This document shows positions 15,314-28,556 of a DNA stretch of 64,000 nt, piece after piece. Source of the DNA: Eledone cirrhosa. Lineage: Eukaryota. The stretch is from NCBI GenBank assembly GCA_964016885.1, contig OZ024741.1, forward strand, positions 131,626,001 to 131,690,000, in the 5' to 3' direction. The notes beneath the pieces are model-generated. The model did not search any database. It was not told where the DNA came from and saw only the letters and a program-made list of their open reading frames with translations. Position 1 is the stretch's first letter. Each line of letters starts with the position of its first letter. A program made the translations under genes and the position numbers.

Positions 15314-15945
15314 GTGTGTGCGTGTGTGCGCGTGTGTGTGTGTGTGCGTGTGTGTGTGTGTGTGTGCGCGTGTGTGTGTGTGGGGGGGGGGTATGTGTGT
15401 GTGTGTGTGAGTCACACACACACACACACGCTGCAAGCATTCGATTTAATGATTTATATAAAGAGTTGAAAATGAACGAACAAAACACAGGAAGCAATTG
15501 TACGCAGTTGTATTATGTGTTTGTATATAAACAACAACAAAAAGACGAAAATAGAATGATGTATGGCATGTGTATTTAAGGTAAACAAAGGGTGTAGAAA
15601 AGAAAACATGTTAATAAAATGGCAAAAGATATGTGTACAATGAAAATATTTTCTTCGAAAGAAAAGAAAAGAATTTGACGTTTCAAATCAAACGCTGTGT
15701 AAAAGGTGACTAAAACCAGAAAAAAAGGATAAGAATACACACACACACGCGCGCGCGACACACACACACACGCGCACACACACACACGCACGCACACACA
15801 CACATACATACACACACACATATATAACATGTGTGTATATACCTGTGTATGTGTGTGTGTGTATATGTGTGTGTGTGTATATAATGTGTGTATATACCTG
15901 TATATATATATGTATAATGTGTGTATATATATATATATATGTATA

Positions 15946-15997
<52 letters not shown>

Positions 15998-16580
15998 GGG
16001 TAGTGAGTGAGAGAGAGAGAGAAAAAGCGAGAAAACAGATCTATTGACATGGGTCAGGGGTTTGTATTATTGTTTATTTGACCTCAGGTGACAAGAATCT
16101 CTTGCATTCCAAGCATTATAACGAGAGTTTATTCTTCTTCACAGGAGGGCAGGACATTTTATTGTATGTCATGAACTTTATAGACCTTCTATTCGTTACT
16201 GGTTACCTCGGGGTGAAATATGTGGCTAAAGGGTTTCTATAAAACTCGTGTACAGTAAAGAGAAACATGAGTGAAAAAGAAAAGGAAGAGAGATCTAGCG
16301 GTAGATGATAAAAATAGCAGTTAAGAGAGAGGGTAACATTGAGAAAGGTGAGAGATAGTGTGTATTATTGGTGATGACTGTAAATAGTTCGATTTATCTT
16401 AGTGGCTTTGAAGGTGATTTCCAGAAACAGTTCGGATCTAGCTGTCGAAACAGCCGGAACTCAGCCGTCGGGGTCCTGACTCTTTTCCTATTACCCACTC
16501 TACCACCCTAAGTATTAAGTACTCTGGTGCGTTATGGCCCACCTAGTATCTTACCACACCCTGTTTGTTATATATATATA

Positions 16581-16900
16581 CTAGCAGCAGGACCCGGCGT
16601 TTCACAGGATAGGACACGTGAAATAAAAACACGCATATGCAAAGATTGAGGAATGTAGCTGTGTACTTTTTGAATTCCCTTATTCTCAGGGAATGATTGT
16701 TTATCTACTGGATACGTAGAACACCAGCAGGCCCGAATCGGGAAACAACTGCATGCATGTGCAAAATCTGAAGAAAATCAGCTGGATACTCTTTAAGCGT
16801 ACTAAATCTTAGAGTATGATTTTTCTTCCATTTGGAGAAAATCGGTTAGGTACTTTTCGAGTTTTATAGATTCGCACCCAGGATATATATAAATAATGTA
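16581..16900 (-). mobile_element. Helitron-like fragment
   Basis: ctagcagcaggacccggcg terminus similar to 18319; the body shares aaaatcggttaggtacttttcgagttt with that family. Confidence 0.55.
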
Positions 16901-16925
16901 GGAGGTGAGTTTTATTGTAGCACAA

Positions 16926-17349
16926 TAAAGCAATGCAAATATCGGATAGGTAGCACTCTACAGCTTACAGGACTGGAGTATAAATAATATAAGATCAAAA
17001 GATGGTTAAAAGAGTTCCAAGTATTTTATTATGCACATTTCAAAAACAAATATCATCATGGGATGATATCTTTTTTCCCAATGATTATTTTTCCCAATCT
17101 CATATATCCATCTTATTTTATTTTTCATATGTTGATTTAAAACTTCACTGCTCACAAGTGTTTTTTAAGCTTCATATCATGTCTCCCTATTTTATCTGAT
17201 GAGAGCGCAGATATCATCCCATGATGATATTTGTTTTTGAAATGCGCATAATAAAATACTTGGAACTCTTTTAACCATCTTTTGATCTTATATTATTTAT
17301 ACTCCAGTCTTATAAGCTGTAGAGTGCTACTTATCCGATATTTGCATTG

Positions 17350-17354
<5 letters not shown>
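16926..17354 (+). mobile_element. Foldback element with ~145-bp inverted arms, hammerhead-bearing, next to (TA)n
   Basis: 16926-17070 is the reverse complement of 17210-17354 with few mismatches. The right end runs directly into (TA)n. Confidence 0.85.
17188..17258 (+). ncRNA. Type I hammerhead ribozyme motif with palindromic stem III
   Basis: tattttat-CTGATGA-[16-nt arm, ccat loop, 16-nt arm; 15 pairs counting G-U]-GAAA-tgcgca-TA-ataaaata. Stem I is a perfect 8 bp and the core is intact. Confidence 0.8.
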
Positions 17355-17441
<87 letters not shown>

Positions 17442-17879
17442 ACCCATCCGTGGAGCCTTAACACACGATAGCGTCGTTGTGGCGCTACGCACAAATATAT
17501 ATATATATATATATATAAACTGTCAAGATTGACACCAGATAATTTTTCAGATTCAGAGGAGTAGTTAAGTACCTGTGTAGTTAGGTATACGTAGTAAACA
17601 CCACACTCACCCACACACGGACTCCCGCATGTTTACTTTATATAAACATAAAGCATATGCGGTCATATATGCTCTGCTATGCTTAACATTATCTTAATGT
17701 TACTGTCAATCAATTATAAGCAGCCAAGTTCAAACTATATGCAAATGAATATTTCCATCCGATGTTTTCTATATACAAATGAGTATCTCCAGAAAATGTT
17801 CTGGAGATGTTCTGGAGACTGTAGTCTATATGTACATATATATATATGTGTGTATGTGTGTGTGTTTTGCAAAGTTTTT

Positions 17880-18040
17880 GATATGAAATCGTGTGTTGAA
17901 ACAAATATTGTTATATTTGGGGAGGGCCATATTTTTATAATAATGCCAGAAACCAACCCAAACCAAACAGTGAATGTGTTCTATTATTATTTCTGGCAAT
18001 ATTATAACAATATGACCCTCCCCAAATATAACAATATATA
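17880..18040. mobile_element. Inverted pair of Penelope 3'-region fragments
   Basis: The reverse complement of 17880-17930 matches 63725-63772. Arms of ~48 bp at 17904-17951 and 17991-18037, followed by (TA)n. Confidence 0.7.
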
Positions 18041-18318
18041 TATATATATATGAGCATGAGTTATAAATTCGAAAGAATGAGCTCTCGATTAGTAAACATA
18101 GAAGTAATATATATTAAAACATGGTCAGTAAGGCATGCATTTTCGTAAAATACACAAGTTTCATGTTGCTAGACTTTCAGTTGATATTCAGAGGTCCCTT
18201 TGCTCAATGGATAGAGTGCTCAACCGGTATCGGAGAGATACTAGGCTTGACATTTCGTAGCGGCCACTGACAACTTCTTTTTCTCTCTCTACGTTTCTTT
18301 ACTCTATTTTATTAGTTA

Positions 18319-19457
18319 CTAGCAGTGGTACCCGGCGTGCACGGGATAAGGTATTGTAATATGTAAAGAAAATAAACCGAATACTCTGATGGCTGGATAA
18401 TCTTTAAGATTTTCCTCGATGAAGCAGAAAAATGCAGGGCCCTAGGGGATCAAGAAAATAATTTTTTTTTATGTGCATAATATGCCTTGAAATATCGGGA
18501 AAATGGGCTAGACGTAAGGCCTCCAAAAAGCCCTAAAAAGCTGAAAAAAGTTGGATTTTCTTTGCTCACGGTATGAAGAAAAGACTGACTAATACATAGT
18601 TACAATTTCAAGGAAATCGGTCTGACGTAACGCCTCACAAAACCCCTAAAAAGCTTAAAAACGCAGTTTTTCACCTAATGCGGGCCCCAGGAGATCAAAA
18701 AGTTGATTTTTTTATGTGCATAACATTCCCTCAAACATAAGTAATACACATGTAAAGTTTGAAAAAGATCGGTTGGGTACTTCTCGAGTTTTAGGGATTC
18801 AAACTCACAGACACACACACAGACAGATATCCTAAGGGAAGTGACATATGCAGACAGCCAGACATACAGACAGATATTATAAGAGCGCGACGTTATATGT
18901 ATGTATCTATCTAAAAAGAGAAAAACTAAGAATTATAGAGAGAGATCGCTAAATCGCCTAATGCGGTCCCTAGGTCATTGAAAACTTGAAATTTCTTTTG
19001 CTCGGAACACTCCCTGAGTAAAGTGTAAAGTTTGAAAACATGTGTAAAGTTTGAAAACAGTCAGTTGCGTGCTTCTCGAGCTTTAGGGGTTCAAACTCAC
19101 ACACCACACAGACAGACATCCTCAGTTTTATATATATAGACTAGCAGAAAACCGCCCACGAGTGGTTTTCTGCTAGTCTATATTTATATATTACACACAC
19201 AGAAATGTATATATATTTCTGTTTGTGTATATATATATATATATATTACACACACACAGAAATGTATATATGTTTCTGTAGCACTCCTCAATTCCTCCCT
19301 CTCTCCCTCCCGCTATCCCCCTCTTGTAGTCTGTCTCTTTCTTTCACTCTCACTCTCTCTCTACGCGTGCGCCAAAAACATTCGCACGCGCGCACGTGTT
19401 CCCACTGTCGGACAGACAGACAAACAGAGAAATTGCTGGTTATATATTATAAGGAGA
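18319..19457 (-). mobile_element. Composite non-autonomous Helitron (modules 18319-19140 and 19141-19457)
   Basis: CTAG plus cccggcgtgcacggg hairpin at the left end; TC-type 5' ends on the minus strand at 19140 and 19457; internal subrepeats. Homologous to 52573-54103. Confidence 0.8.
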
Positions 19458-19572
19458 TTTTATAACAAGTGACTATACTTACATCTATTTTCAGCGCCTG
19501 ACCATGCTGCTGCATTTTCTATATACTTTATTCTCTCAGCGTTTCGTAAGTTCGAGCTTCACATGCGATGTT

Positions 19573-19625
<53 letters not shown>

Positions 19626-20449
19626 ATGTGTATGTGTGTGTGTATGTGTGTGTGTGTGTAATTTCTAACTATAATTTACACATCTTCCTATTTATTATAT
19701 TTTTCACTTCAATCAAGGTTTTAACTTTTAATTTCTAATTTTCAATCTTATTACCAATTTTAATTTCCATCGTGAAACCATAATATCTAGACCCTAGAAT
19801 TAGGTTTACATTCTCTTCGGGGGTGATGGTCAAATCTATTGTCCAAGCATAATTTAGGGGTAGTATCGAAACCTATTGAAACTTATACTCCACCACTACC
19901 ACTAAGATTCGGTTGGCTGACCCTGGAAGAGCGACTAGCAGTAAACTGCAGCTTAGTGGCTGGTACGAACTCTATGACTCTCTGACCGTGTCACCTTACC
20001 GGCCTGGATGGGGGTGATTGATTGCTGTGTGGGGGGGGGGGGGGGGTACTTGCCTAGGCTAGTTTCGTTGTGTTTTGGGGTAGTAGTTAGATGGTCAACT
20101 TCTTTCCCAATTGCGCCTGCGCATAGCTGTGGAGGTGGATTGGGGCTCACAAGGGAACGGGCGAAGGCTTCAAGAACACCCTCTTTGTCCGTTCCTTTGT
20201 CGTTTCAATTTGGATTGTCTCGGGAACGTAACTTTATTATGTAAGAAGCAGTCTGATTAGATCATGGCATTGGGTACGCGGAATCGCGTGGCCACTGTCG
20301 TCATTGAAATATGTATCACACCATTATCAATAAAGAACTTTAACATCTGAAATTACTTACCACTTTCTTATTCTAAATATGCTTCGTCATTCCTATCTGG
20401 AAAAAGTACGTAGAGTTCTTAAATTGAATTGCATCAATATTTGCCGTAA

Positions 20450-20513
<64 letters not shown>

Positions 20514-20517
<4 letters not shown>

Positions 20518-21118
20518 AAAAAGTTCAAGGACCCGACGGCAGAGCTCAAGCCGTTTCGACGGTTATTTCTGGACTAAATTAGATTTTTAGCGTGGTAATA
20601 AATAGCCGAACTTTTCAAGGGGTGATTCCTTATATGGGCAGATTGTAGTTGTCAAAAGGATTGGTCAAAATTTGTGGTAAGCACAATCAAATCGTTCATG
20701 GCGTTTTTTTTTTCGCCTGCTTTCTAGCTAGCCTAATTTCTTTCACACTCCTTAGAATTTGCTGTATAGAATTCACTTTCAACGCTTGACCGGCTCCAGC
20801 CACTCCATCATTGTTCTACAGGCAAGTTCAGTCACCCCCACCCCACACCCACCGCCATGAAAGATTTGATTATGCTCACAAGAAGTTTTGACCAATCCTT
20901 TTGACAACTACAATCTTCCCATATAAGGAATTACCCCTTGAAAAGTTTGGCTATTTATTACCACGCTAAAAATCCTATTTAGTCTAGAACAGCCGTCGAA
21001 ACAACTTGAGCTCTGCCGTCAGGGTCTTGAACTTTTTCCTATTACCCACTCTACTACCCTAAGTATTGAGTACTCTGGTGCGTTATGGTCCACCCGATTC
21101 CTTACCACACTTCCTTCG

Positions 21119-21120
<2 letters not shown>
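20514..21120. mobile_element. Asymmetric foldback element between (TA)n arrays
   Basis: 20514-20704 is inverted at 20853-21040. The right side has about 80 bp extra that recurs at 16430-16570, 42781-42858 and 52344-52482. Confidence 0.8.
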
Positions 21121-21169
<49 letters not shown>

Positions 21170-21187
21170 TATATATAGATATATCTA

Positions 21188-21225
<38 letters not shown>

Positions 21226-22187
21226 ATATATATATATATATATAATTGTATGGCTGGGCTTTGCCTGCCGTAATTTTCAATTTGTCAAGCTATCTAAACG
21301 TAATGTTATTACTCTCAGGTCCTACCCTTATTGAGCGCTTTGCTACTCATTCTTAATTGGAGGTCGATTTTGCTTGGCTGTAACCAAAGCTTCGATTTTA
21401 CTAAGCTTCCACTTGTATATTTATATATATATGTTTCCAATCTCACATTTGACATAGTTTGCTCGTTTCAGGCACTTCAATGTGTAGTGCAAATGCAGGA
21501 TTGGGAACTAAAGGTATCAACGAAACTGTGTTAAAGATCACTATATCATAATATTCCCGTTCTGTATATAGCATATCGCGATCTCTTTCCTTTATTTGTT
21601 GCTGCTGATAGCTGTGGTGTAGGTGGTGAGAGTGGCATTGTATAGTTTCTGTGGTATTGTTAATTGTGATGTTGGTGATGATGGTAATGATAATTATTGT
21701 CAGGTGATGGTCTCAGTGGTGATATTGTGGTGTTAGTGATGGTGGGGCAATGGTTATGTTGGTGATGAGGGTGCCGGTATGTAATAAGGGTGCTGTTTAC
21801 AGTGGTAATATTGGTTGTGACTGTTGTGCCAATGGTGATGTTGGTAGTGACGTTTGTCGTCATGTTGGTTGTGACACTTGTGTCGATGGTGGTATTTGTT
21901 CTGATAGTGATGGGCATGATGGTAGTAATAACATTGCGGAATTGTGAGAATGTTGCTGCTGTTTTTTGTTGGTGGCGGTGTTGTGTTTTGTTACACTGCA
22001 TCAAACGAGATTATGAGTGGGTTGAGGGTATGGAGTAGAATGTAAAATGTATACGTCTCGGGGGCATAGACAGTACTAGGTACAGATATCATGTACCTCC
22101 TCCTCTGTCACTCTTCCTCCCCCTTTCTCATGGTCTCTCTCTGTCTCCATCGCTGACACACTCTCGCTCTTCCTCTCTTTCCCTCTC

Positions 22188-22242
<55 letters not shown>

Positions 22243-22245
22243 CTC

Positions 22246-22321
<76 letters not shown>

Positions 22322-22439
22322 ACGCTGTCACCGTCTGTGCATTCTGCATATTTATGTGTCTGTCTTTCTTGCGCCTTCCCACTCACTTTCCTGTCTCGAC
22401 ATACGAACATACACATACACACAACCAACCACATACACA

Positions 22440-22497
<58 letters not shown>

Positions 22498-22818
22498 TAT
22501 CAAACTTTTATATACAATTGTACAAGAAGTCAAAGATTAATTGAAAAAAAACACTCAATACATTTAAGTACGTTATATAATATAAATAAATATATTACAC
22601 ACACATACACACACACAAACACACACACACACATAGTTTAAGGGCACGACAAAACAGATTCATAAGTCTTATTAGTTTCGTGCTTTATATATGGAAAAAG
22701 GGAAATACAGTTTGACATGGCGGGCTTTATATATATATATATATATATATAGTGAAAAATTGAACGGGAACAAAATAGAGAGGCAGTACGAACAAAGGTT
22801 TATATATGTATGTGTGTG

Positions 22819-22920
<102 letters not shown>

Positions 22921-23468
22921 CTGTTTCTATATTCTTTATCTTCTGTTTTCTTTCATAGCCTCATTCCCTTCTTCCACCCAACCCTTCTTCTCTTAACCCC
23001 CGCCTCTCTGTATGACACTACATCCTTTCCAGCTCTGTGTGTGGCCCTATCAAGTTCATGTGTATGTGTGTGTCTATTTGTGTACATATATGTATCTGTT
23101 TCTGCAGTTTTTGCGTGTCTGTGTCTGTGTGCTTTGTATAAAATTGAAAACAAACTTCAAGAGATGAGGATGATGATGTATATATATATATATATATGAA
23201 AAAATGGGGTGAGGAATACTGCATGGTTGCACATGGATAACATGTTATAAAATGAGTCCCTCATCAGTGATTTACCAACGGTCATAGGTATTTCATTGCA
23301 TTAAAAATCATATACCTCACGTTGGCGCAATAATAACTAAAATAAGTTATTAGGACAATTAAAACGCGTAAAGCGAGTGAGACAAGTAAACAACACAGAG
23401 GAAAGCTAACCGAAGATAGGAAGAGATACAAGCTACATATATATATATATAGAAGTAGTAACACAATA

Positions 23469-23572
23469 GTTAGTTCACCATACTGAGAACAATTGTTTCA
23501 CCTTATGCGGATCCTCAGTCCGAGCTGAGGATCCGCATAAGGCGAAACAATTGTTCTCAGTATGAACTAACT
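23469..23572. repeat. Near-perfect palindrome containing a hammerhead-like motif
   Basis: catactgagaacaattgtttcaccttatgcggatcctcag pairs with ctgaggatccgcataaggcgaaacaattgttctcagtatg across a 6-nt spacer. Confidence 0.9.
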
Positions 23573-23651
23573 GGTGTGTTACTACTTCGACCAAACTCGT
23601 CCCATGGACTGAGTGCTCTACTACTACGGATATTACCTTCCAGTGTTGTAC

Positions 23652-23695
<44 letters not shown>

Positions 23696-23803
23696 ACGTC
23701 TTTTTTCCGTCTTTTAGGGTCTGCATCCTATTTTATAAGCTATTTTATAACATCTCTGTGCATGAACATTACATTCTTTATAATAAATATGTTCATACAC
23801 ACA

Positions 23804-23883
<80 letters not shown>

Positions 23884-24122
23884 CAAGATCTGAGCTTATT
23901 CGCTTAACGAGTGGGATGGAGCTCGTCAAACCGAACTGAGGAAACAATGTTTTCATTGGCCTTTCCAATTGCTAATACTATCTGTCGGTCACAAATCCAA
24001 GCAGAAGGAGCAACGTGAAATAAAGTGTCTTGCTCAAGGACATAGTGCATCGCCCGACCCGGGAATCGAAATCACAACCACACGATTGTGAATGCAATGT
24101 TCTAAGCACTCAGTCCCGCGCC

Positions 24123-24171
<49 letters not shown>

Positions 24172-24189
24172 ACAAATACCCACACCCAG

Positions 24190-24255
<66 letters not shown>

Positions 24256-24263
24256 GCAAACAC

Positions 24264-24583
24264 TTTAAAAATCACGTGGAACAAATACAGGAAACAGAAA
24301 ACTCGGAGGTGACAAGCGCATGGACAACACTTGATCATCGGCTGTCTTCTAGGAATCATTATACTTTCGGATGCTTCTAAAGATTGGACTATTCACCATC
24401 AGTGCATTAATAGTATCTACAGATAGCTATTCGTGATGAGAACACAACAGACACTATTGATTCACTGTCTATGGAAGCATTCGAAACTAATGATTCCCTG
24501 AAGACTGCCGATGAGCGAGAATTGTCTATATGCTTATCTCTTACGAATATTCTATTTCCTGTTTTTGTCCTACGTGTTTTTTA
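24264..24583. repeat. Old degenerate foldback (~115-bp arms)
   Basis: 24264-24378 aligns with the reverse complement of 24473-24583 with scattered mismatches. Confidence 0.7.
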
Positions 24584-24633
24584 ATGATATTGTCCTTGTA
24601 ACCTACCAGCCTAATTTTGGAATCAAAACTATA

Positions 24634-24696
<63 letters not shown>

Positions 24697-26494
24697 ATAT
24701 ACATACATAGTTGTTGATTTCTAATTTCCACACAACACAAATAACCTTCATATTTACAAATAAATAAACCTCTTTTTGACGCACACATTCTTTCACCACA
24801 TGAATAAATTATAAAAGTTTCCTAATTTAAGCACAAGGCCAGCAATTTGAGGGGCGAGGAATGTCGATTATATCAAACCCAACTTTTGCTGGTACTATAT
24901 TTTATCGACCTCGGAAAGCTCGAAAGATAAGTTGACATCGGTGGGATTTGAACAAACACTGATGCTTTAAGCATTATGCCAATCCATCATCATCAGTAAT
25001 CCCCCAAAATATATATGATATTGAAGGTAGATGCAAGATATTATAGTTTACCTAGCAAAGTAATATCCATACCTAAGAGTAAAAAATTACAAAAGAAATG
25101 TCTAAGTAGACTCTCCAATCTTAAGCGGTGAACCCAGCGAAGGGCTATTAGGAAAGGTGCCCTAAGTTCAAAATAAATATAAAATGCATCAATCTAAAAA
25201 TATTACAAGAGACAAGATTAATTCAATTGCATACTGTCATATCGGTTATCGACTATTAAAACAAGAAGTGTCGTACGAATTCACTCAATAGCACGTAGAC
25301 CTCTATTCGTATTGTTCGACTTAAATGTCGTACATTTTATTCTATGCGCATTTGTCCTCGCCATATAATTTCACCTAACTTTTGTTTAGTTTTCATCATG
25401 TTAAATACACCAAGGACAGTGTTGAAATATTTTATCAGACACTGATACTGTGATTCCGGATGTGCCTGCACTACCGTAGGTAGTAGTCGAAACTGTGTAC
25501 GCCCATTTCGACGGCCGATGACCCTGGAGTTCTGTGTCCTTTGTTTGTATGTTTGTTTTTTTTAAATAATTTTTAATGTTTCCCCTTATAAAATTGATTT
25601 GCGTTTTGTCTTGTTTCCGCTCGTTGTTTTGTTCTCTCGTTGTTAATTTTTTAAAGTCTCTTTCTATATATATATATGTATTTGAAAGGTAAAAAGAAAT
25701 AACAACACAGTTGGTACAGTATATGGAAGGCATATATTAGGTTAACGCTTGAAATAGCAGGAAGAGGGTTTTAACGTTTCGGACGCTAGTCCTTCATCAG
25801 AAGAAAGAATAAGAAATTAGATAGATTGAAGGGATGGGTGGGGTGGAATTGGAAAAAAATGTCTTTAGATAAAAATAACAAGAGAGAGAGAGTGTGGGGG
25901 GGGGGGGGAGATGTACATGTAGTGAAGTCATATGGTTTAGAGAATAGAAAGTTCAGTTCATGATCGTAAAGTCATGAGTTCGATTCGTGGACCGGGCGGC
26001 GCGTTCTGTCCATTCAGCTGGAAAAAGTATGTTGTACCAGTTATTCATGTGTCCAGCTTTGTCGCACATTTTGTCACGCTGAATCTCCCTGAGAACTATG
26101 TTAATAGTGCACGTGTCTGTTCCACTGACTGAATCTTATATGGTATTTTCACTCAGCCCTAATATAGATCTTCATAAACAGCGTCTCTATTTTCCCTATA
26201 TCTAACATGGTTCGTTGAGGGTGTCCAATAACACTAAAGCATTCATTACATTCACCAATTTTCTTCCAATAATAAAAATGTCTAAAATAGGCCCAAGGCC
26301 AGCAATTTTCGGAGAGGGCAAAGTCGATTAAATCGGCCCTAGTGCATTATTGATATTTTATTTTATCGACTCCGTAACGATGAAACGCAAAGCTAACCTC
26401 GGCTGGATTTGAACTCAGAACGTAAAGGGCCGCAACTCTATGCTGCATAGCATGGTGTCCGACGCTCTACCGATAATAGTAGTAGTAGTAGTGT

Positions 26495-26842
26495 GAAGGA
26501 TAAAGAGCATGAAAAGATGGAGTAGTATGGCGCACTGAAGGAGGAAGTTCGGAGGTTGTGAGAGGATGAAAGTTTTAATGAGTCCAGTGGTGATTATAGC
26601 ATTGGGGTGCATATCTTGAAGTTTTGAGGACTGTGTAAATAGAATTGGAATTGATGCATGGTTACAGGTAATGCAGAAGACAGCACCTCTTGGTACGGCA
26701 AGGATTTTAAGGAGTGTTTTGTCTATGTAAGGCACAGGAAAGGATACAGTGAGATACATTTGTCAACTTGTTGATGAATGCTCCTTAACTATGCAGATCG
26801 TTTAGTATCTAAGAGTCTGAGATTCACAAAAGGTGAACCATA
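26495..26842 (+). mobile_element. R4/Dong-type LINE extreme 3' fragment
   Basis: PVVIIALG...LQVMQKTAPLGTARILRSVL* matches the R4/Dong C-terminus. It is preceded by (TAG)n and followed by ataataat. Confidence 0.75.
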
Positions 26843-26844
26843 AT

Positions 26845-27466
26845 AATTGTTTCTACTTTAGGCACAAGGCCAGCAATACCCAGTGCATTACTGGTACTTT
26901 ATTTTATTGACCCCGTAAGGATGAAAGGCAAAGTCAACCTCGGCGGGATTTGAACTCAGATCGTAAAGGGACGTAACTATGCTGGAAAGCATGGCATCCG
27001 ACCCTCCACCGATACTGCCAATCCACATAATAATGGTTTCTGATTTAGGCTCAAGGCCAACAAGTTTGGGGGGAGGGTAAGTCGATTAAATCGACTTCCA
27101 GTGAATTACTGGTGCTTTATTTTAACGACCCCATAACGTTGAAAGGCAAAGCTACCACTGGGCGGGATTTGAGCTCAGAAAAAAAAAAAAATCATAAAAA
27201 TATATTCCTATCTTCATGGTGGATTGGTAGTATCGGTAGAGGGTCGGACGCCATGCTTTCTAGCATAGTTACGTCCCTTTACGATCTGAGTTCAAATCCC
27301 GCCGAGGTTGACTTTGCCTTTCATCCTTACGGGGTCGATAAAATAAAGTACCAGTGAGGCACTGGGTAGTTGCTGGCCTTGTGCCTAAAGTAGAAACAAT
27401 TATTTAAAAAAATACCAGTAATGCACTGAAATAATTGCTGGCCCTGTGCCAAAAGTAGAAACAATT
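26845..27466. mobile_element. Cluster of family A SINEs including an inverted pair
   Basis: 26845-27026 (-), 27030-27180 (-), 27219-27402 (+), 27410-27466 (+, partial). Confidence 0.88.
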
Positions 27467-27985
27467 ATTTTAAAAAATTCAATCAACTGATCCTATTAGA
27501 ATTAACTCTCTTTAATATCGTTTATAGATTTTAAACAAAACTAGGGAGTTTTTCTCTTCTAACTGCAAGGCTAATTTCAATTAATCAAACTCTCTGAACT
27601 CACTCTATAACATATGTTTATTTACACGTGTGTGGTGTGTGAGTGTGAATATGATAATATATATTTATGTGTATGCGTGTGTGTGCTTCTACTTGTATAT
27701 AATATACATATATGCATAAATAAATGCCCATATAACCATAATCACACACATCCACAACCCAACAAAGAGCGCGCTCACACTACACAAATATATATATAAG
27801 GGGTGGGGGTTAGGTGCCGTCTAAATGTGTGCGCGCGTTCTGTCACAAGCAATACACACACACACACACATAGAGAGACACAGACACAAACACACACGCA
27901 CACGCACATATACTCACACACACATATATACATATAAATATAAATATATATATATATGTATCTATATAAATATGTGTGTACACAT

Positions 27986-28023
<38 letters not shown>

Positions 28024-28521
28024 ACACCTCCTACATATGTGTGCATGAGTGTGTATATATTGAGAGGAAGAGGGGGGAATGTGAGTGAAAGTAGAGAGAG
28101 AGAAAGTAGGGAAGAGGTGGCAAATATACATAGGTTGGAGGAGGAGGAGGAGAGATTGAGAAGTAAGACTGATGAAACACGGAAAGTATGGGGAAGAGGT
28201 GGGAGGAGGGGAGGGGCATGTCGTGCAGCGAATCAGAAGTCACGGTGGGAGAGGCCGAAAGTGGAGAGTAAGAAGATTGAGAGAGAGGTGAGGAGGATAG
28301 GGCGTGGAGAGAGAGAGAGGGGGGGGAGAGAGGGAGAGAGAGAGAGAGAAGGAGAATGAGAAAGAGGGAAGCGTGTGGTGTTAGTGATGTTTGAGGAGGG
28401 AGGTTTATTAGTAGCAGTAGGAGAACGGCGTGAGAGAGAGAGAGAGAGGGGGGGGTGCATGAGAGGGTGATAGTAAGAGTGAGAGGGAGGAAGTAGTTTT
28501 TGTGGTAGTAGAAGAGGAGTA

Positions 28522-28556
<35 letters not shown>

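Noticed and set aside
18193-18270. tRNA-like sequence
   Set aside because: An A-box-like part is present, but the T arm and acceptor stem do not fold. It is probably a decayed SINE head.
21660-22038. Thr-rich and Val-rich mucin-like ORFs
   Set aside because: Degenerate (GGT/GAT)n low-complexity tract, open on both strands for compositional reasons.
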